The position numbers and the translations under genes are program-made. 64,000 nt of DNA from Intoshia linei. Its lineage: Eukaryota; Animalia; Orthonectida. The stretch spans positions 1,890 to 65,889 of the forward strand of contig LWCA01000055.1 in the NCBI GenBank assembly GCA_001642005.1, given 5' to 3'. Positions within the stretch are counted from its first letter, which is position 1; each line of letters begins with the position of its first letter. Shown here in pieces: positions 1-13,429 of the stretch. The notes beneath the pieces are model-generated. The model saw only the letters and a program-made list of their open reading frames with translations, had not been told where the DNA came from and made no database searches.

Positions 1-601
1 CAGGATATATGAGTATGATTAAATATAATCATATGGTTATGTTATAGCTACATATGTTAGTTGGTGGTTATATAAAATGGTTTAAAAATTTATTATGAAA
101 AACATGAAAAACATGAATAATTTTGGGCGAATAACGGAATCGAACGAATTATAGAATTTTACTAGACTAGTACTATATAAACATAAATTAACCGGGCGAA
201 TAACGGAATGACCTAATGACATAGTTTTTACTGTATATCAGCTGGAATGAGCTGTATCAAAATAATTGTTTTATAATTGTGGGACCGTTAATTATTTCAA
301 ATTTTTTTTTTAATAAAATCGTTTCGAAATAAAAAAATGAAGTGCTATTTTGGCCACGAAGGAGTCTTTTTTTAGATTGAAATTTTTTGAGTGTATAAAC
401 TGTATTTTTTTTAATTCTAGTAAAAAACATTATTTCGTATATTTTAAAATTTAAATTATGATTAAATTTTAGGTTAACTATATTTATAGCTATTAATAAG
501 TTTCTCATGATAAATATATGATAGCTCATGAATCCTTACTTATATATATTTGAAGTACATAAACTCATTTTTTATTTTACTTTTTATATATAGGTCTACA
601 T

Positions 602-3053
602 AAAAGTCTACATACACCCAACTTTTTGATGATGCAATTTTAATACAGATTAAATTAAAAATTTTTTATAAATCACAGAAAAAATGATATTAGGAACAAT
701 AATATTGTTGCAAAAGTCTACTTAAACGTTCTAATATTTAATATGACACCCTTTAGCTTTAAATAAATCGCTAATTCTGTATTTATATCCATTTATAAGA
801 GCATACATGATATTTTTGGACATTTACCCTATCATTCCTGGCAGTAAATGTCTAATTATTCATATTTTCAGGTTTCCTCGCATCACCGTTTTTATTAGTA
901 AAACAGTTATTAAAAATATGTCTTACTAGGTTGACTGTAATGTACTACGTACAAACAGCACCTAGCTCTGCCGAGGGCACATTTTTATTATACCAAAAAA
1001 ATAAATTAATGTTGAAAATCTAACTTAAAAATCCTATTATTCACTATTATCAATCCTTTAAAGGATTGAAAATCTAACTTAAAAATCCTACTATTCACTA
1101 TTATCAATTCTTTAAAGGAAAAAATAAATTCACGTTGAAAATCTAATTTAAAAATCCTACTATTCACTATTATCAATCCTTTAAAGGAGTGGTTCCCAAA
1201 TTTATTTCAGGTGGAACCATCATATCACATTATTTTTTACTATAAAGTAAATTATTCCATCTTAATTTATTTTGTTAACATTTACGTAAAGAATTTTAAA
1301 AACAATTGTTATCCTATTTTTTTAATTTATTAGACAGAATGTGTGTATAATATTAAAAATAAAGTAAAACAGTCCAATCCTAAAAATTATCATAAATAAC
1401 ATAAATTCCAGAAAAAATAAAATTATAAAAACTTATTTTGTCATTTACAATGTGATGAATCATTGAGACGTTTCATCTTTACCTTTATGGTCTGTTTGCT
1501 TCTGAATGTCCGTTTTCTTTTTGCCATTTTATGTTAAATTTGAAACAATTATCAATAAAAAAATAACACGTTTAATAAAATATTTTGGAAAAAAAATATA
1601 TAAATACTAAAATGCTTGTTTGACCGTGAACTTGTCACTTATTCGGATTGAAATTTTTTGTGTGTATTAACAGGATACAACGGTACCATCTGTAAATTCA
1701 GTAAATTATAGGGCTGTTTTTATTAAAAAAAGAAGGGTAATTTTGGGTTTTGGCTCTGAAGATATAATTTTTTTAAATTTATGATAATGTTTATAATTAT
1801 AAAATGTGTATTAGCGTATATATTTTTTTAAATTTTCCAACTCGTTTGATTTTTAAAAAGAGGGACAATTGGAGTTTTTGACTGGTAAGATGTGAGTTTG
1901 GGAGGTTGACATTTATCTTATTATACGTCTTGGAACAAACTGTAATTGATATGTGGACTTTAAAAAATTCTAACACTGGTAGTTATTTCAATAAAGTGGA
2001 ACACACACACACAAACAAAAATCGCGTAGCATATTTTATAAGTTAGGATTTTATTTATTTTTTTTATTTTTTAATTTATTTTTTTTAGTAGACATTTTCG
2101 ATTTGATTTAGATCAAGTGATTGGGAGTTCCATTCTAATACCTTGATTTTTTTGGAGCAAAGCAACATTTATGTTTTGTTCAATGTAATGTTTGCAATTG
2201 TCTTGTTGTAGTACAAAATTTTTCTCTAATTGAAGACTTTTTAATATACATTATACTATTTGACAAGTGATCCAACTCCCTTTATACCGAAACATCTCCA
2301 ATAAACCAGACTTCTACGGTATAGTTAACGGTGGGGTTCATATTTTTTTGTTCCAACCCCTCATTTGACCTACTCCACTGTTGAGTCTACACAAATCGTT
2401 TCTTATTATGTCCAGATAATTTAATTTTTGTTTTATCTGTCAAAATAACACCAAACCATTAAGAATTGGGCATATTTATATATTTTAAGGAAAAAAGGTA
2501 TCGATTTTTTATTCTTTTCACGGAAAAATGGTTGTCATATTGCTGCGAATGCTCTCAACCATCGTGCCTTATTTTTTCAAGATTTATAAAAGAATCTTTA
2601 ATAATAGACCTCATTATCAAGGACATTAATCTATCATTTATTTTAATTGGCTTACCTGATCTTGGTTTATTTTTTAACAGAGTAAGATTTTTCCCATCTT
2701 TATATTATTAATACTACACTAGGTATCGGCATAATTAAATTTTTGGAGATATTTCCATATGATAATCTTTTAAGGTATAATTCCACAACTCTAATCTTCA
2801 AATCATCCGAGTATTGGCGATATGGTAATTTTGACAAAATATATATAGCTAAATACATAATGTTAACTATTAAATAATTGTATCGATTAAATGTCTTGAA
2901 ATATAGCGTTAATCGAAAAAACTGAAGGGGATTTAATTTTCAATTTTTTTACATTTTTAGTAAATGGTTACATATTTTTATAGTAATAAAAAAATAATTA
3001 TCATACTTGCTTCATCAAAAATTGGGGTGTATGTAGACTTTTGCAATGCACTG
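602..3053 (-). mobile_element. Decayed Tc1-family DNA transposon, interrupted by a Helitron
   Basis: Right TIR (rev. comp. CAGTGCATTGCAAAAGTCTACATACACCCC) ends 3053 and is followed by TA. The left copy AAAAGTCTACATACACCC starts at 602 with its terminus eroded; an inner repeat TTGCAAAAGTCTAC lies at ~708. Minus-strand remnants: YSDDLKIRVVE (~2810), WFGVILTDKTKIKL (~2440), VLQQDN (~2205), EWNSQSLDLNQIENV (~2110) and C-terminal KAKGCHIKY* (~745). Confidence 0.85.
926..2048 (-). mobile_element. Non-autonomous Helitron, both termini present
   Basis: Minus strand reads A|TCCTAACTTAT...(GT)n at the 5' end and ...CTGTTTGTACGTAGTACATTACAGTCAACCTAG|T at the 3' end: TC start, subterminal hairpin, CTAG end, A/T insertion site, no TSD. 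It contains a ~55-70 bp unit repeated three times at 1010-1188. Confidence 0.8.
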
Positions 3054-4461
3054 TATAATTAAAATAATTTAAATTATAATTTAAAATCAATTTTCTATTT
3101 ATTAATAATGTGACCAAGCCGTAGAGATAAAACAATAAGAGATTAGCCCGATCAGATGAAAATGATAGGTCCTTACTGATTTAAAACATTTTTTGGTTAC
3201 TCTATATCAGTGATGGCAGCCAACTAAAACTAGGTGTGTTAAATTTAATACTATTTTCAGAAATTTTTTTCTAGTGTTTTTATTAAAAAAATATTAGGTT
3301 AATCCAAAACGTCAATTAAGTCGAACAAATTAATGATGGAAAATGAGTTAAAAAATAATTTTTACATTTATTTGGATTTAAAAAATTGATTCTAACATGA
3401 ATTTTTTCAATTTAGGGAAATATTTGTAATCTTTATTTTCTTTTTTTATTTTTCTTTAATATCACGATAAAATATTGATAGTTTTCAGTCAAATGCCTTA
3501 ATAATACTAAACATTGCACATAGCACATAATGTTGAAAAAAAATTACAATTATAATAATTATTCAAAGTATGAGTCAATACAAAAATAAAAAATATTAAT
3601 AATATAATAAAATAATCAATTTAGTGCATCGCCCAAAAGTTAAACCTTTTCCCAACAAAGCTCTTTAAAACCCTTCATGTTGGTTAAATTATTAAAATAT
3701 TTTTTTATGGATATAAATTATTTTATTTACAAGGCTCTCCAAGATAATTATCAAATTAAATCATTCGGTCGCTTGCTTTTTTGTAATTTTCACTCCAAAA
3801 ACTGCGTTTTAACGTATCTGAATTTCATTATTGCAAATAAACACACAAAGTGCATTGGTATAAACTGTTAGTATCAACATTTTAATATGTACATTGTATT
3901 TGATTGACACATACATAAATTACTCTGTAATACATGTACATGTATTTAAGGTTAACACTTATGCAAGGTTAAAATTGAAAAAGGTTGTGTTTGTGTCATA
4001 TGTTATTATTTTACACATTTTATAGCTATTGACAAAAGGATTAATAATCATAATAATTATTAATAATAATTTATCAGTGACACAATAGGAATATGTAAGA
4101 AATAAAATATTAAATCACAGTAATTAAAGATAGTAAGTAAAATATTATAGAATTAGAACTATACCAAAGTAACTTATTAGAAAATCACATATAAAACCGA
4201 CAAATTGACTGTATTATTTAAATAATTTACAAACATGTTGTTTTAAAATAAATTTTATTATTTACAAGATTAATTCTTATATCTATTGTTAAACATAAAA
4301 TATTTAAGATTATCTAATATCAAAACATGTACCATTTAACAAAAAACCTACCGAACCAATTATTTTCTTAATTAAATTTTATAGATAAATTGACTCTATT
4401 GTAAATAGGTGTATATATAACGGGGAAAAGTATATAAAATTCATTATTCTTTAATTTAAAT

Positions 4462-7400
4462 ATGAAAAATTTATATTTGATTGTCTTGTTTTTCGCAATC
4501 ATCTCTGTGTCTACCACAAAAGTAATTTTATTTATAAATTTATAAAAAATTCATCACGTTTAATTTAAACTAGCATATTTACACAAATGGAGGTGCACTA
4601 AAAAGATTGGTATTTAATTGTCGTATTTATATTAGGATGACCAATATATACCAATATACATATGTATGTACGTCGTTTGAGATAAAATCTAATCATTGTT
4701 ATGTATTAATGATTAATAATAATTCCAAAATTATTTCGTAATTATATCATCGGTACACAACCAATATCAGTGGGTCATTCCAGTTATACATTACAGCATA
4801 TTGATATTCAAGTTATACATGTATATTCAGAATTAACGCACTACAGAACTGGCGAAATGTAGTGAAAATATCGTTTTCAGTGTTAAAAAAATAGAATTAT
4901 TAATTTTTGTAGTGTATATCACTATAAAGTAATTAATAGTGGCTTCACTGTATTAATATATCTCTAAAATACATAGATTACATGTATTAATGTATATTAT
5001 TTTATATAGCGTCGTAGTATTCATCTTAGTAGTAAACGTTATGTCGAAAATGGGTTGCATGAAGCAGTTGATAATACAAACAATGATGACCATGACCATC
5101 ATGATAATGAAGTAAAAATAAAATTAAGAGGTATATTCGATTCTATTGGTAAATCAGTGAAAAGTGGATTGAGTAAGGCCGGAAATGCCATAAAAAAGGG
5201 ATCAAAAAAAGTATTTAACAACGTGAAGAATGATGTCAAAAAGGCCGGAAATAAAATACAAAAAACGTTCAAAAATGTGAAGAATGGAGTGCATAAGGCC
5301 GGAAATGCCATAAAAAAGGGATCAAAAAAAGTATTTAACAACATGAAGAATGATGTCAAAAAGGCCGGAAATAAAATACAAAAAACGTTCAAAAATGTGA
5401 AAAATGGAGTTCATAAGGCCGGAAATGCCATAAAAAAGGGATCAAAAAAAGTATTTAAGAACGCTAAAAATTTCGTGAATAATGCCGGAAATACCGTGAA
5501 GAATATGATAAATAATGCTGGAAAAATTGGAAAAAAAAACAAAAATTCAAAGTTGAAATTTAAGAAATTTAAGACGATTACTAGTCCTATGAATCGCAAA
5601 ATTATTACAAGTAAATTATGTTATATTATTTATCTTATCAAACATTTGTTATTAAATGTTTTAAATTTGATCAATTTATAATTTAGGAACAGCTAAACAA
5701 TATAAAAGGGATGCACTAAATGAAAACATGTGCGATGATGAAAAAACCCATCATCCATATGAAGTATTGGAAGGTTGATTAATTAAAAAATCAAATTTAA
5801 ATTACGTTTATTTAGATATTGATCCACAAGATTATGAGGAGAAAAAAAATGAAATTGCAAACCTTTTTTCACACATTTCAGAAGTGTTTAATGTTGGTTC
5901 CTACAAAGTTGGAGAATTTTTCCAAAATGATGAAGATATATCACGTAATAAAATTTAAATGTAATGATACATGTACATTGTATGTACATTGTACAATGTA
6001 TATTAATATAATTTATGTGATTTTGTCACATTAAAAGTAATTTATATTCACACTGTGCCTTATTTTACAAATGCAAACCGCTGAAATGTGTATACACTAA
6101 TATTTTAAAATATTTTTTTAACATGTAAATACTTTTTTTTTTAATATTTAAATTAATTTAATTTAATCCAATGTAGCAACATTATAAATAATGAAAATTT
6201 GCAAAGTTTTTATTTCTAAACGTATTCTAGTCTAGACCAGCGATTCCAAAATGCCGTCCGTCTTTATGCTAGTAATTTCGTTTTAGCGGTCCGTGAGAAA
6301 TTTTATATTAAATACTAATCCGTGGAGAAAAAAGTGTGGGACCCTTAGCCTAGACCAGTGGTTTTCAACCGGGGGGTCGCGAAATTTATCAGGGGGTCGT
6401 GAGAATTTGAACACAGTATAAAATATAAATAAAACTGAATATGCTTTTTTAATATTTTCATTTATGTGAATTTATTAGATGTTTATAAGGGGGTCGCGAA
6501 CACAAAAAGGTTGAAAACCACTGGCCTAGACTATTCGTTAAAATCACAAATTTCAAATTTTTGGTGAATAGACGAGTCTCCATTATATTACTACACTATA
6601 TTTTTAATCTTATTTCTTACTTAATAGTTATGTTTATATTTCTGATAGGACCAGAAGTGGAAGAATTGGTAGAAATAATCATAGACCAATTGGATAATAT
6701 ACGAGAAAGATTTGGGCTAAGATTTGAAGAAATGTATCAACGCTTCATGAAATATTACATTTTCAGTAATTTATTCATTAATAACAATTTATTAACTTAA
6801 TTTATAGTACATTTATGTATATGTATTGTTATAAAATTACATTGTATTCTGTTGTATCTATAAAATGAAACAATTGTACAAAAAACGATTACATAATTTG
6901 TGAATTCTGTGTTCCACTAAATTATTATAAATTTTAATTCGATTTACCTCTAAACTCGCCATAAAATAAGTTTACGATTGAAATTTATTTGTAATAATAA
7001 TTAGTAAAACCAAAATTAAATCAAATTATGAACCTATGTTGAAATAAAAATTACAATAACTTTCATCTCATTAATCTTAATTAAACGATAAATACTGATT
7101 TTACTTATTATTATTTTAATTTTACATCTTATGTGTCGTGAATTTAATTTTAAACTATACATATTATATGTATTATCATATAACTTTATTAATATATTAA
7201 TCAGCAAACTTTTTAATTTAAAGACATATTTTTTAATTTATTATAGACAATGAGACTAAAATCTTAAAAACAATGCAATTATAGTTAAACCCTATAAAAT
7301 GATATTATAATGCTTATATTTTTTAAAACTATTCCAAAATCTGTTTAATAATATTCCAAGACTTGTTTTATTTAAAAAAAGGGTAATTTTAGGTTTTGAC

Positions 7401-10400
7401 TGAAGGTGTAATTTTCTGAAGCTGAAATTTACGACAATGTTCATTGTTTTAAAACGCGTCAAAGAATTTATTTTTTTTCAAATTGTATGGTTGATTATAT
7501 GTTTAAAAAAAGGTAGAATTCGGTTTTTGACCCTGAAGGACTCAACTTGGGAAATGAAACTGATATATAAACATTATGCGTGAAAAACTATATTAAAAAT
7601 TGGCTTTTGTTAAATTTTAGATAAAGGTAACACACGGACACACACAGAAATTCAATTTTATATATAAACATTTTTAGTACATATACTTTATGATAAAGTC
7701 GTTTTATCATAACTAACGTCATATTAAAAACTAAAGTCAGTTTTATTTTTGATTTTTGATCAGACGTGTCAAACTAAATTTGCTTGTCGGGCGAAATCTT
7801 TTTTGCATTATGGTTATTGCGTTATTATCAATATTTATTTATAAATCAAAAAAATTAATTATAATTAATTTTTAACATGTTTAATTAATTTATATATCAG
7901 ATTATAAGGAATGTAATCCAGTTACAAGAGAGGAAGCAATGGAAGATTACTGTGTACAAGAGGCAATGAGTGAAATTTTTGATATTTTTGATCAAATCAG
8001 TAAATTTATATTTAAATATGTACTGATACATCTATTGATCAATAGATTCCTTTATCATAACGCCATAAAAAATGACACGTAAGATGTGAGTTTGGGAGGT
8101 TGACATTTAGTTTGCGAACACGCCCGGAAAAAATAAGTTTATTTAAATAAAGTTGAACACACACACACAAAAATCGCGAAGCATATTATATAGGTAAAAG
8201 TATATTATTATGTATAATATTATACAATGTTGGAAAAGTGACAAAAATGATGGTCCATTAACTAACATTTTTAGAAAAAAATTGTCCGCGAATCAATTAT
8301 ATTGTTGTCCTATTTTTTATTTATATAAAATTGATATTGACATTAATAATAATAAACTACTAATATTAAAAAATTAGTTTCAATAAAAATGACTCACTAC
8401 AACTACAGATACAATTTATTTATGTAATAATTACAATTTATTTAGATTTTGATGATAGAGAATGTGATTTGATTGCTTCAACTGATAATTTCCATAGTAT
8501 TTATTATTATTATATATTATTATTATTGTATACATAAATTAAATAGTCAACGATTTTGGACACGCACTTGCAAGTGAATTTTCATGCTTTAGTAATAGTA
8601 TTGCTGATATCTCTGACTTCGTTGCTAAATATGATTTGCCAGGTATATTGTTCTATCAATTATAAATAGTCAAATTAATATTTAAAAATTATAATGAGGT
8701 AAATTTACGTACCATTATTTTATTACTACAAATAAAATTAATTAGACACTAGTTGACGGTTATGTACTACGTAATACTTACAAAAAACCTAGTTCTGCCG
8801 AGGGCGGACATTTTTATTCTACCAAAAAAATAAATTCAATAAGAAAATCTTACTTAAAAATGTTAAATTCACTATTAGAAAATCTTTAAATGGTGGATCC
8901 CAAACATGTATCACCAGGACCAGTCATTAAAAATTATAAGTGTTAATATTCATTTAAAGTGAAGTATCCCACTTAATTTTATTGTAACATGTGTAAAGAA
9001 TTTTAAAAACAATTTTTTCATCCCATTTTTTTAATCATTAGAGAGAATGTATCATCTATAAAATAAAATTAAAACAATAAAATCCTAAAAATTGAAAATA
9101 ACCGGTATTTCCTTATTTAGTGTATGGTATATTAGGTGTAATTATATAATTATTCAAATATTCAAATTCATACAAAAATCAATTTAAATGTAACTTTATT
9201 TAATATATATTCAGTTTTTATGTTGTTTCTATCGATAATTATGTTGGTAATTCTTTTGATGTGTTTATCGTTCTTTATGAACCATTTTGTTTGTTTAAAT
9301 TCATTTATAGCTTATTTATTTTGGTTTTTATAGATGTTTTAATTCCTCTTTAATTAACCCGAAAAACTAAACATAAAATTTATTATGTAATTAAAATGAA
9401 TGTCATAAAAACCAAAATAAATGAGGTAAATTTTTATTTTAAAAAACAAAATGGTTCATAAACATTGACAACCCATTAAAGGAATTACAACCACAACAAC
9501 ACATATATCTTTGACAGTTTTTAATAAATATAACTTTTATATTATATTTTAATAAAATCTTGTATTCTATTGTATTACAATTATAAATTAATATTTTGAA
9601 TTTGAATACAATAATAATGTATAATAATAAAGATAATAACACACTCTTAAATCGTACTAACCAAAGGAAAAAAGTAAATTAAGTTGTTAATCTTATTTAT
9701 ATATTAAAATATTAACATAAGTTATATTTATCAAAAACTATTAAATTTATATGGGTTTCTATGGTTGTAATTCCTTTGGTGGATTGTCCATGTTTTGTGT
9801 ACCATTTTTTTTAAATTTATTTCTAGGTCATTTATTTTTGTTTTTACGAAATTCATTTTAAGTATATAATGAACTTTATGTATAGTTTTTGGGGTTAATT
9901 ATGAGGAATTCAAATATCATTAAAAACCAAAATAAATGAGCTAGAAATGAATTAAAAAAAAAAAAAATTGTCCACAAAGCATGATAAACACATCAAGGGA
10001 ATTACCAACATAATTATCCATATAAAAAAAATAAAGCTCATTATACATAAAATAAAATTATATTTTAAATTTATCTCAACATTTTTGTATGAATTGCAAT
10101 AATTACATTTAAGGGGTAAATATTAACCGATTTCATTTTTTTGGGTGATAAATGCTTAAAATCAAAAAAGGCACCCACATGCAAAATGAGTTTTCTAATA
10201 AAAAAAGACACATCAAAAGTGGACACCCTAATGATATATGTTAATGTATATTGTGTATAATGTGCGCCAGCTTTCTGTTTTTTGTATTAATTTTTATATT
10301 AATTAATAATCTAAATTTTTGTATTAATAAATTAACAGACTTAGAAATTTAAAAAAGTATTTATTTCGGGTCAATTTTACCAATTTTGTTATAAATATAA

Positions 10401-11183
10401 AAATGATAATAATAAAGTTATATGGAAATGTGTAAACTTTTATTGTTATAAAAATGTTATTGCAAATTGGGAACTTTTTTTGTGTTTGCAATTTATGTTA
10501 ATGTTTATGATTTTAAACTTAATCCACAATTTATCTTGAATAAAAATACATTTTTCATTTTTAAAAAAAGGAGTAATTTGGATAATTGGTCAAAACGATA
10601 TAAGATTTTGTAAATGACATTGATGATAATGTGGATAATTTTTTAAATCTTTATCAGATTAGGTATTTTTTATAATTTTAGGATGGTTTAAATATAAATA
10701 AAAAGGATAGTTGTGGTTTTTCATCTTGAAGGACTTAATTTCTGAAAATAAAATTTGTGATAAAACATCAGCCTCGAACAACTGTAATTGAAATATGGAA
10801 TTTTTATAACTTGACTCCTCTTATTTTCTTAAATAAGCTGGAACAAACAGACCGACAAACCGAGAAATCAATAAATAAACAAATATACATTTTTACATTA
10901 ACTAAATTACTAGTTAAAAGTTTTGCAAAATTTTTGAAAACCACAATTACAAATATAAAATGAAACTATTAATATATTTTGTACATTATTGTACATTTTA
11001 GATAACAAAGAAGCCATTATCGTGTTCATGGCCAGTGTTTTGACAAAATCATATATAGTGGGAATGGAACTCCATCAATTCCAAAATCGATTGGAACAAT
11101 TGGATCAATTAATACTAAACAACGAAGATATAAATGGAGGAAATCCATTGCCGCAGCTCATTAGTTTAGATGATAATAATTAA
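4462..11183 (+). CDS. Gene A: secreted precursor (~485 aa) with signal peptide, acidic/His pro-region, cationic amphipathic tandem repeat and Cys-containing C-terminal domain; family not recognised
   Basis: Phase-compatible GT-AG exons 4462-4521, 4574-4609, 5010-5610, 5687-5773, 5816-5944, 6649-6765, 7901-7999, 8446-8496, 8547-8642, 11002-11183 sum to 1458 nt, open throughout. Signal peptide MKNLYLIVLFFAIISVSTTK. The exon structure is supported by the paralog at 14630-18626. Confidence 0.75.
5174..5460 (+). repeat. Coding tandem repeat, 120-nt (40-aa) unit, ~2.4 copies
   Basis: KAGNAIKKGSKKVFNNVKNDVK-KAGNKIQKTFKNVKNGVH repeats almost identically; the sequence lines starting 5221/5341 and 5281/5401 match. 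Confidence 0.95.
6356..6523. mobile_element. hAT (Buster/Charlie-like) MITE
   Basis: TIR CAGTGGTTTTCAACC...GGTTGAAAACCACTG with perfect 8-bp TSD GCCTAGAC. A degenerate second MITE (6238-6347) abuts it after GTCTAGAC. Confidence 0.9.
8749..10910 (-). mobile_element. Helitron-family copy in the last intron of gene A, containing a foldback insertion
   Basis: CTAG plus hairpin and AGTTCTGCCGAGGGC at 8749-8805. Family-internal blocks at 8810-9095 and 10540-10910. The far boundary is approximate. Confidence 0.6.
9135..10110. repeat. Foldback element with internally palindromic arms
   Basis: ~9140-9500 is an inverted copy of ~9755-10110 (AATTCATACAAAAAT / ATTTTTGTATGAATT; ATAATTATGTTGGTAATTC / GAATTACCAACATAATTAT). 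Each arm also has an A-A' structure. Confidence 0.75.
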
Positions 11184-11499
11184 TGCATACATGTAACTGA
11201 AATACAAATATACTAAAACATGAATTATTTAATTAGTTTTTGTTATTCGTAGCGATTTGCTAGTTAATAGAATTATATACATTATGTACTTATTAACACT
11301 AAATCACTAAAAAATGACATTATGTAACAATAAGTACAATTTGTTAATAATAATTTATTATTAATAAATAATTATTATAAGAACTGATGCAACGATTAAA
11401 CAATAACTATGAAAAGTTGGTATACTATTTAAATTTATTTTATTTAAAGTATACAATGAACTAATTCCATCTACTACATTAATATATAATGCTTTGAGT

Positions 11500-12794
11500 A
11501 ATTTTTAGTTTAAATTTTCATTTTTTTCGATTTCTGTATGATAGTTTCTTTAGACACTGTTGTACTGTTTGGAAAATTGAATCCATCATCTTTTCCACTA
11601 TCCCATTCCAGTTGGTATATAGATAGTTTAGACTGAACATATCGATACCACTTCAAAATTTGTTATATAAATATTGCATATTTATATTCATGCTCATTAG
11701 TAGAATTATTGAAAATAGTATCTTGACACAAAACTTCCATAAATCGTGTAAAATCGATACCATAATTAACATCAAAATTGTTGGGTTCTATTTTGGAAAG
11801 TCTAGGAAGGAAATATTTGTTTGGTATCACAGAGGGAATGATTTCTCCAGTATCGAAGCCATTTAAATATAGTAAATCCATTTTATTATCTGGTAAAATT
11901 ACCTTAACTACATCGGGATTAACAAACATTATGGAATCTGATGGCAAAAAATTCGCAATGTACCCAATAGGAAGTTTAGCTATTGCGGCAGCTTGAAATA
12001 TAATATAGCTGTAAACTCCGTTTTTCATAAAAATAGTTCGAATAAATTATCCACGTAATGGATTCTTTGTGTCCCAGTTTTTGAGCATGATTTTGTACGA
12101 TCACGTTACGAAACTTTGTATAAACACTTTCAGGTGGATAAACAATTTTGTTGTACTAATCAATTGTCGTGCAATGAAAATGTGGATAAAATAATTGGCT
12201 ACAGCTTTTAAATGATTAGTATACTCGTAAAACGTAAAGAAATCCAATGTATCTTTAAACAACAGTGTAAAGTAAAAGCTATTGTAAGGTGTTTCACAGT
12301 TTTTTCGGTTATGATAGACACGCTTTTGAATGGTAATATTCTCGTACAAAATTGTTGTCGTGTAATTCAATATCCAATGCAGTAGCAGTGTAAAATTTAT
12401 CAGTTGACACTGTAATGTATTTTTTTATTATTGAACCAAGATTGTTTTGATCACATTGAAACTTGTTCTTAACACTTTTAGACGACGTCAAATGACTACT
12501 ATTTAACCCAACGGTAGAGTTTGGATTGACATCTAATTTACTGTATTCTTTATCATCAATATTCTTCATTACGATGTCACAAGAATCCTTTTTCCTGGAT
12601 TTATTTTAATCGTCTAAATTTTTATTGTAATAAATATTTATTGGAATGTTACCTTTAATTTTTATATCATGAATAACAACATTGTTTTATATTTTTTCGA
12701 TAAGTCTAGTGCTAGTTTCATCATTAATGCAAATACCGGAAATATTAAGTTGGTCGATATCGATATTTATATCGTTCCATTTAGACTTGTTCAT
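11500..12794 (-). pseudogene. Decayed intronless ORF (~430 codons) of unknown origin
   Basis: ORF pieces 12309-12569, 12101-12370 and 11663-12028, plus an upstream MNKSKWNDINIDID at 12794, link through stops and frameshifts. The region looks less AT-rich than its flanks. Confidence 0.55.
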
Positions 12795-13429
12795 AGTTTG
12801 ATTTTATTCTTTCTCTAAAGGTAAAATTAAAAAAATATTTAGTTTGTATAAATTGCTCAATTCAAACCAAAATTAGTTCCAACAAAAAAACTCTAATGCT
12901 GGAAGCGGATACATGTATTATTTTTAGTAATTACCGATATATTATGCAGTATATTCAATTTTTAAAGTTTTTTAAAATGTTAAAATATTATTCAAATTTA
13001 ATGTTGCAGTCAAGTAAATTACTGTAGAATGAAAAGATAGTAACTAATATTTATCAATGCTAAATAGCACATTTTATGTTGACGCGACTGATGTAATTGG
13101 CTATTATACATCAAAATAATTAAAATAAAATGCAGTTAATAATTGAATATGTGCTTTGCTTTCACTGGTCAACGGTGTCGATATGATTTTAGTCATGTCG
13201 AATGAAATACCGATTTACAAAGGAAATGTGATAGTGTAATTTTAATATACAAATTGTATTGTGTTAATGTCACAATATTAAATGTTCTAATATTGGATAT
13301 TGAATTTAAATTACAAAATAACCAATCATTTATTTTGTCTAATTTATGACATTATAACGGTTTTTTATCCGTACTAATAAATATGTATAATATGCTATGC
13401 AATATTTTTAGTGCGTGTCAGTATATGTT

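Noticed and set aside
1010-1188. CRISPR-like array
   Set aside because: Eukaryotic context; a plain tandem triplication inside a Helitron, with no unique spacers and no cas genes.
5099-5599. Minus-strand hydrophobic ORFs (also 57086-57394 and 60044-60774)
   Set aside because: Antisense shadows of Lys-rich coding exons.
4462-5958. Gene A as a short gene ending at TAA 5958
   Set aside because: A phase-1 donor at 5945 joins 6649 in frame and the paralog has the same junction. A short isoform is not excluded.
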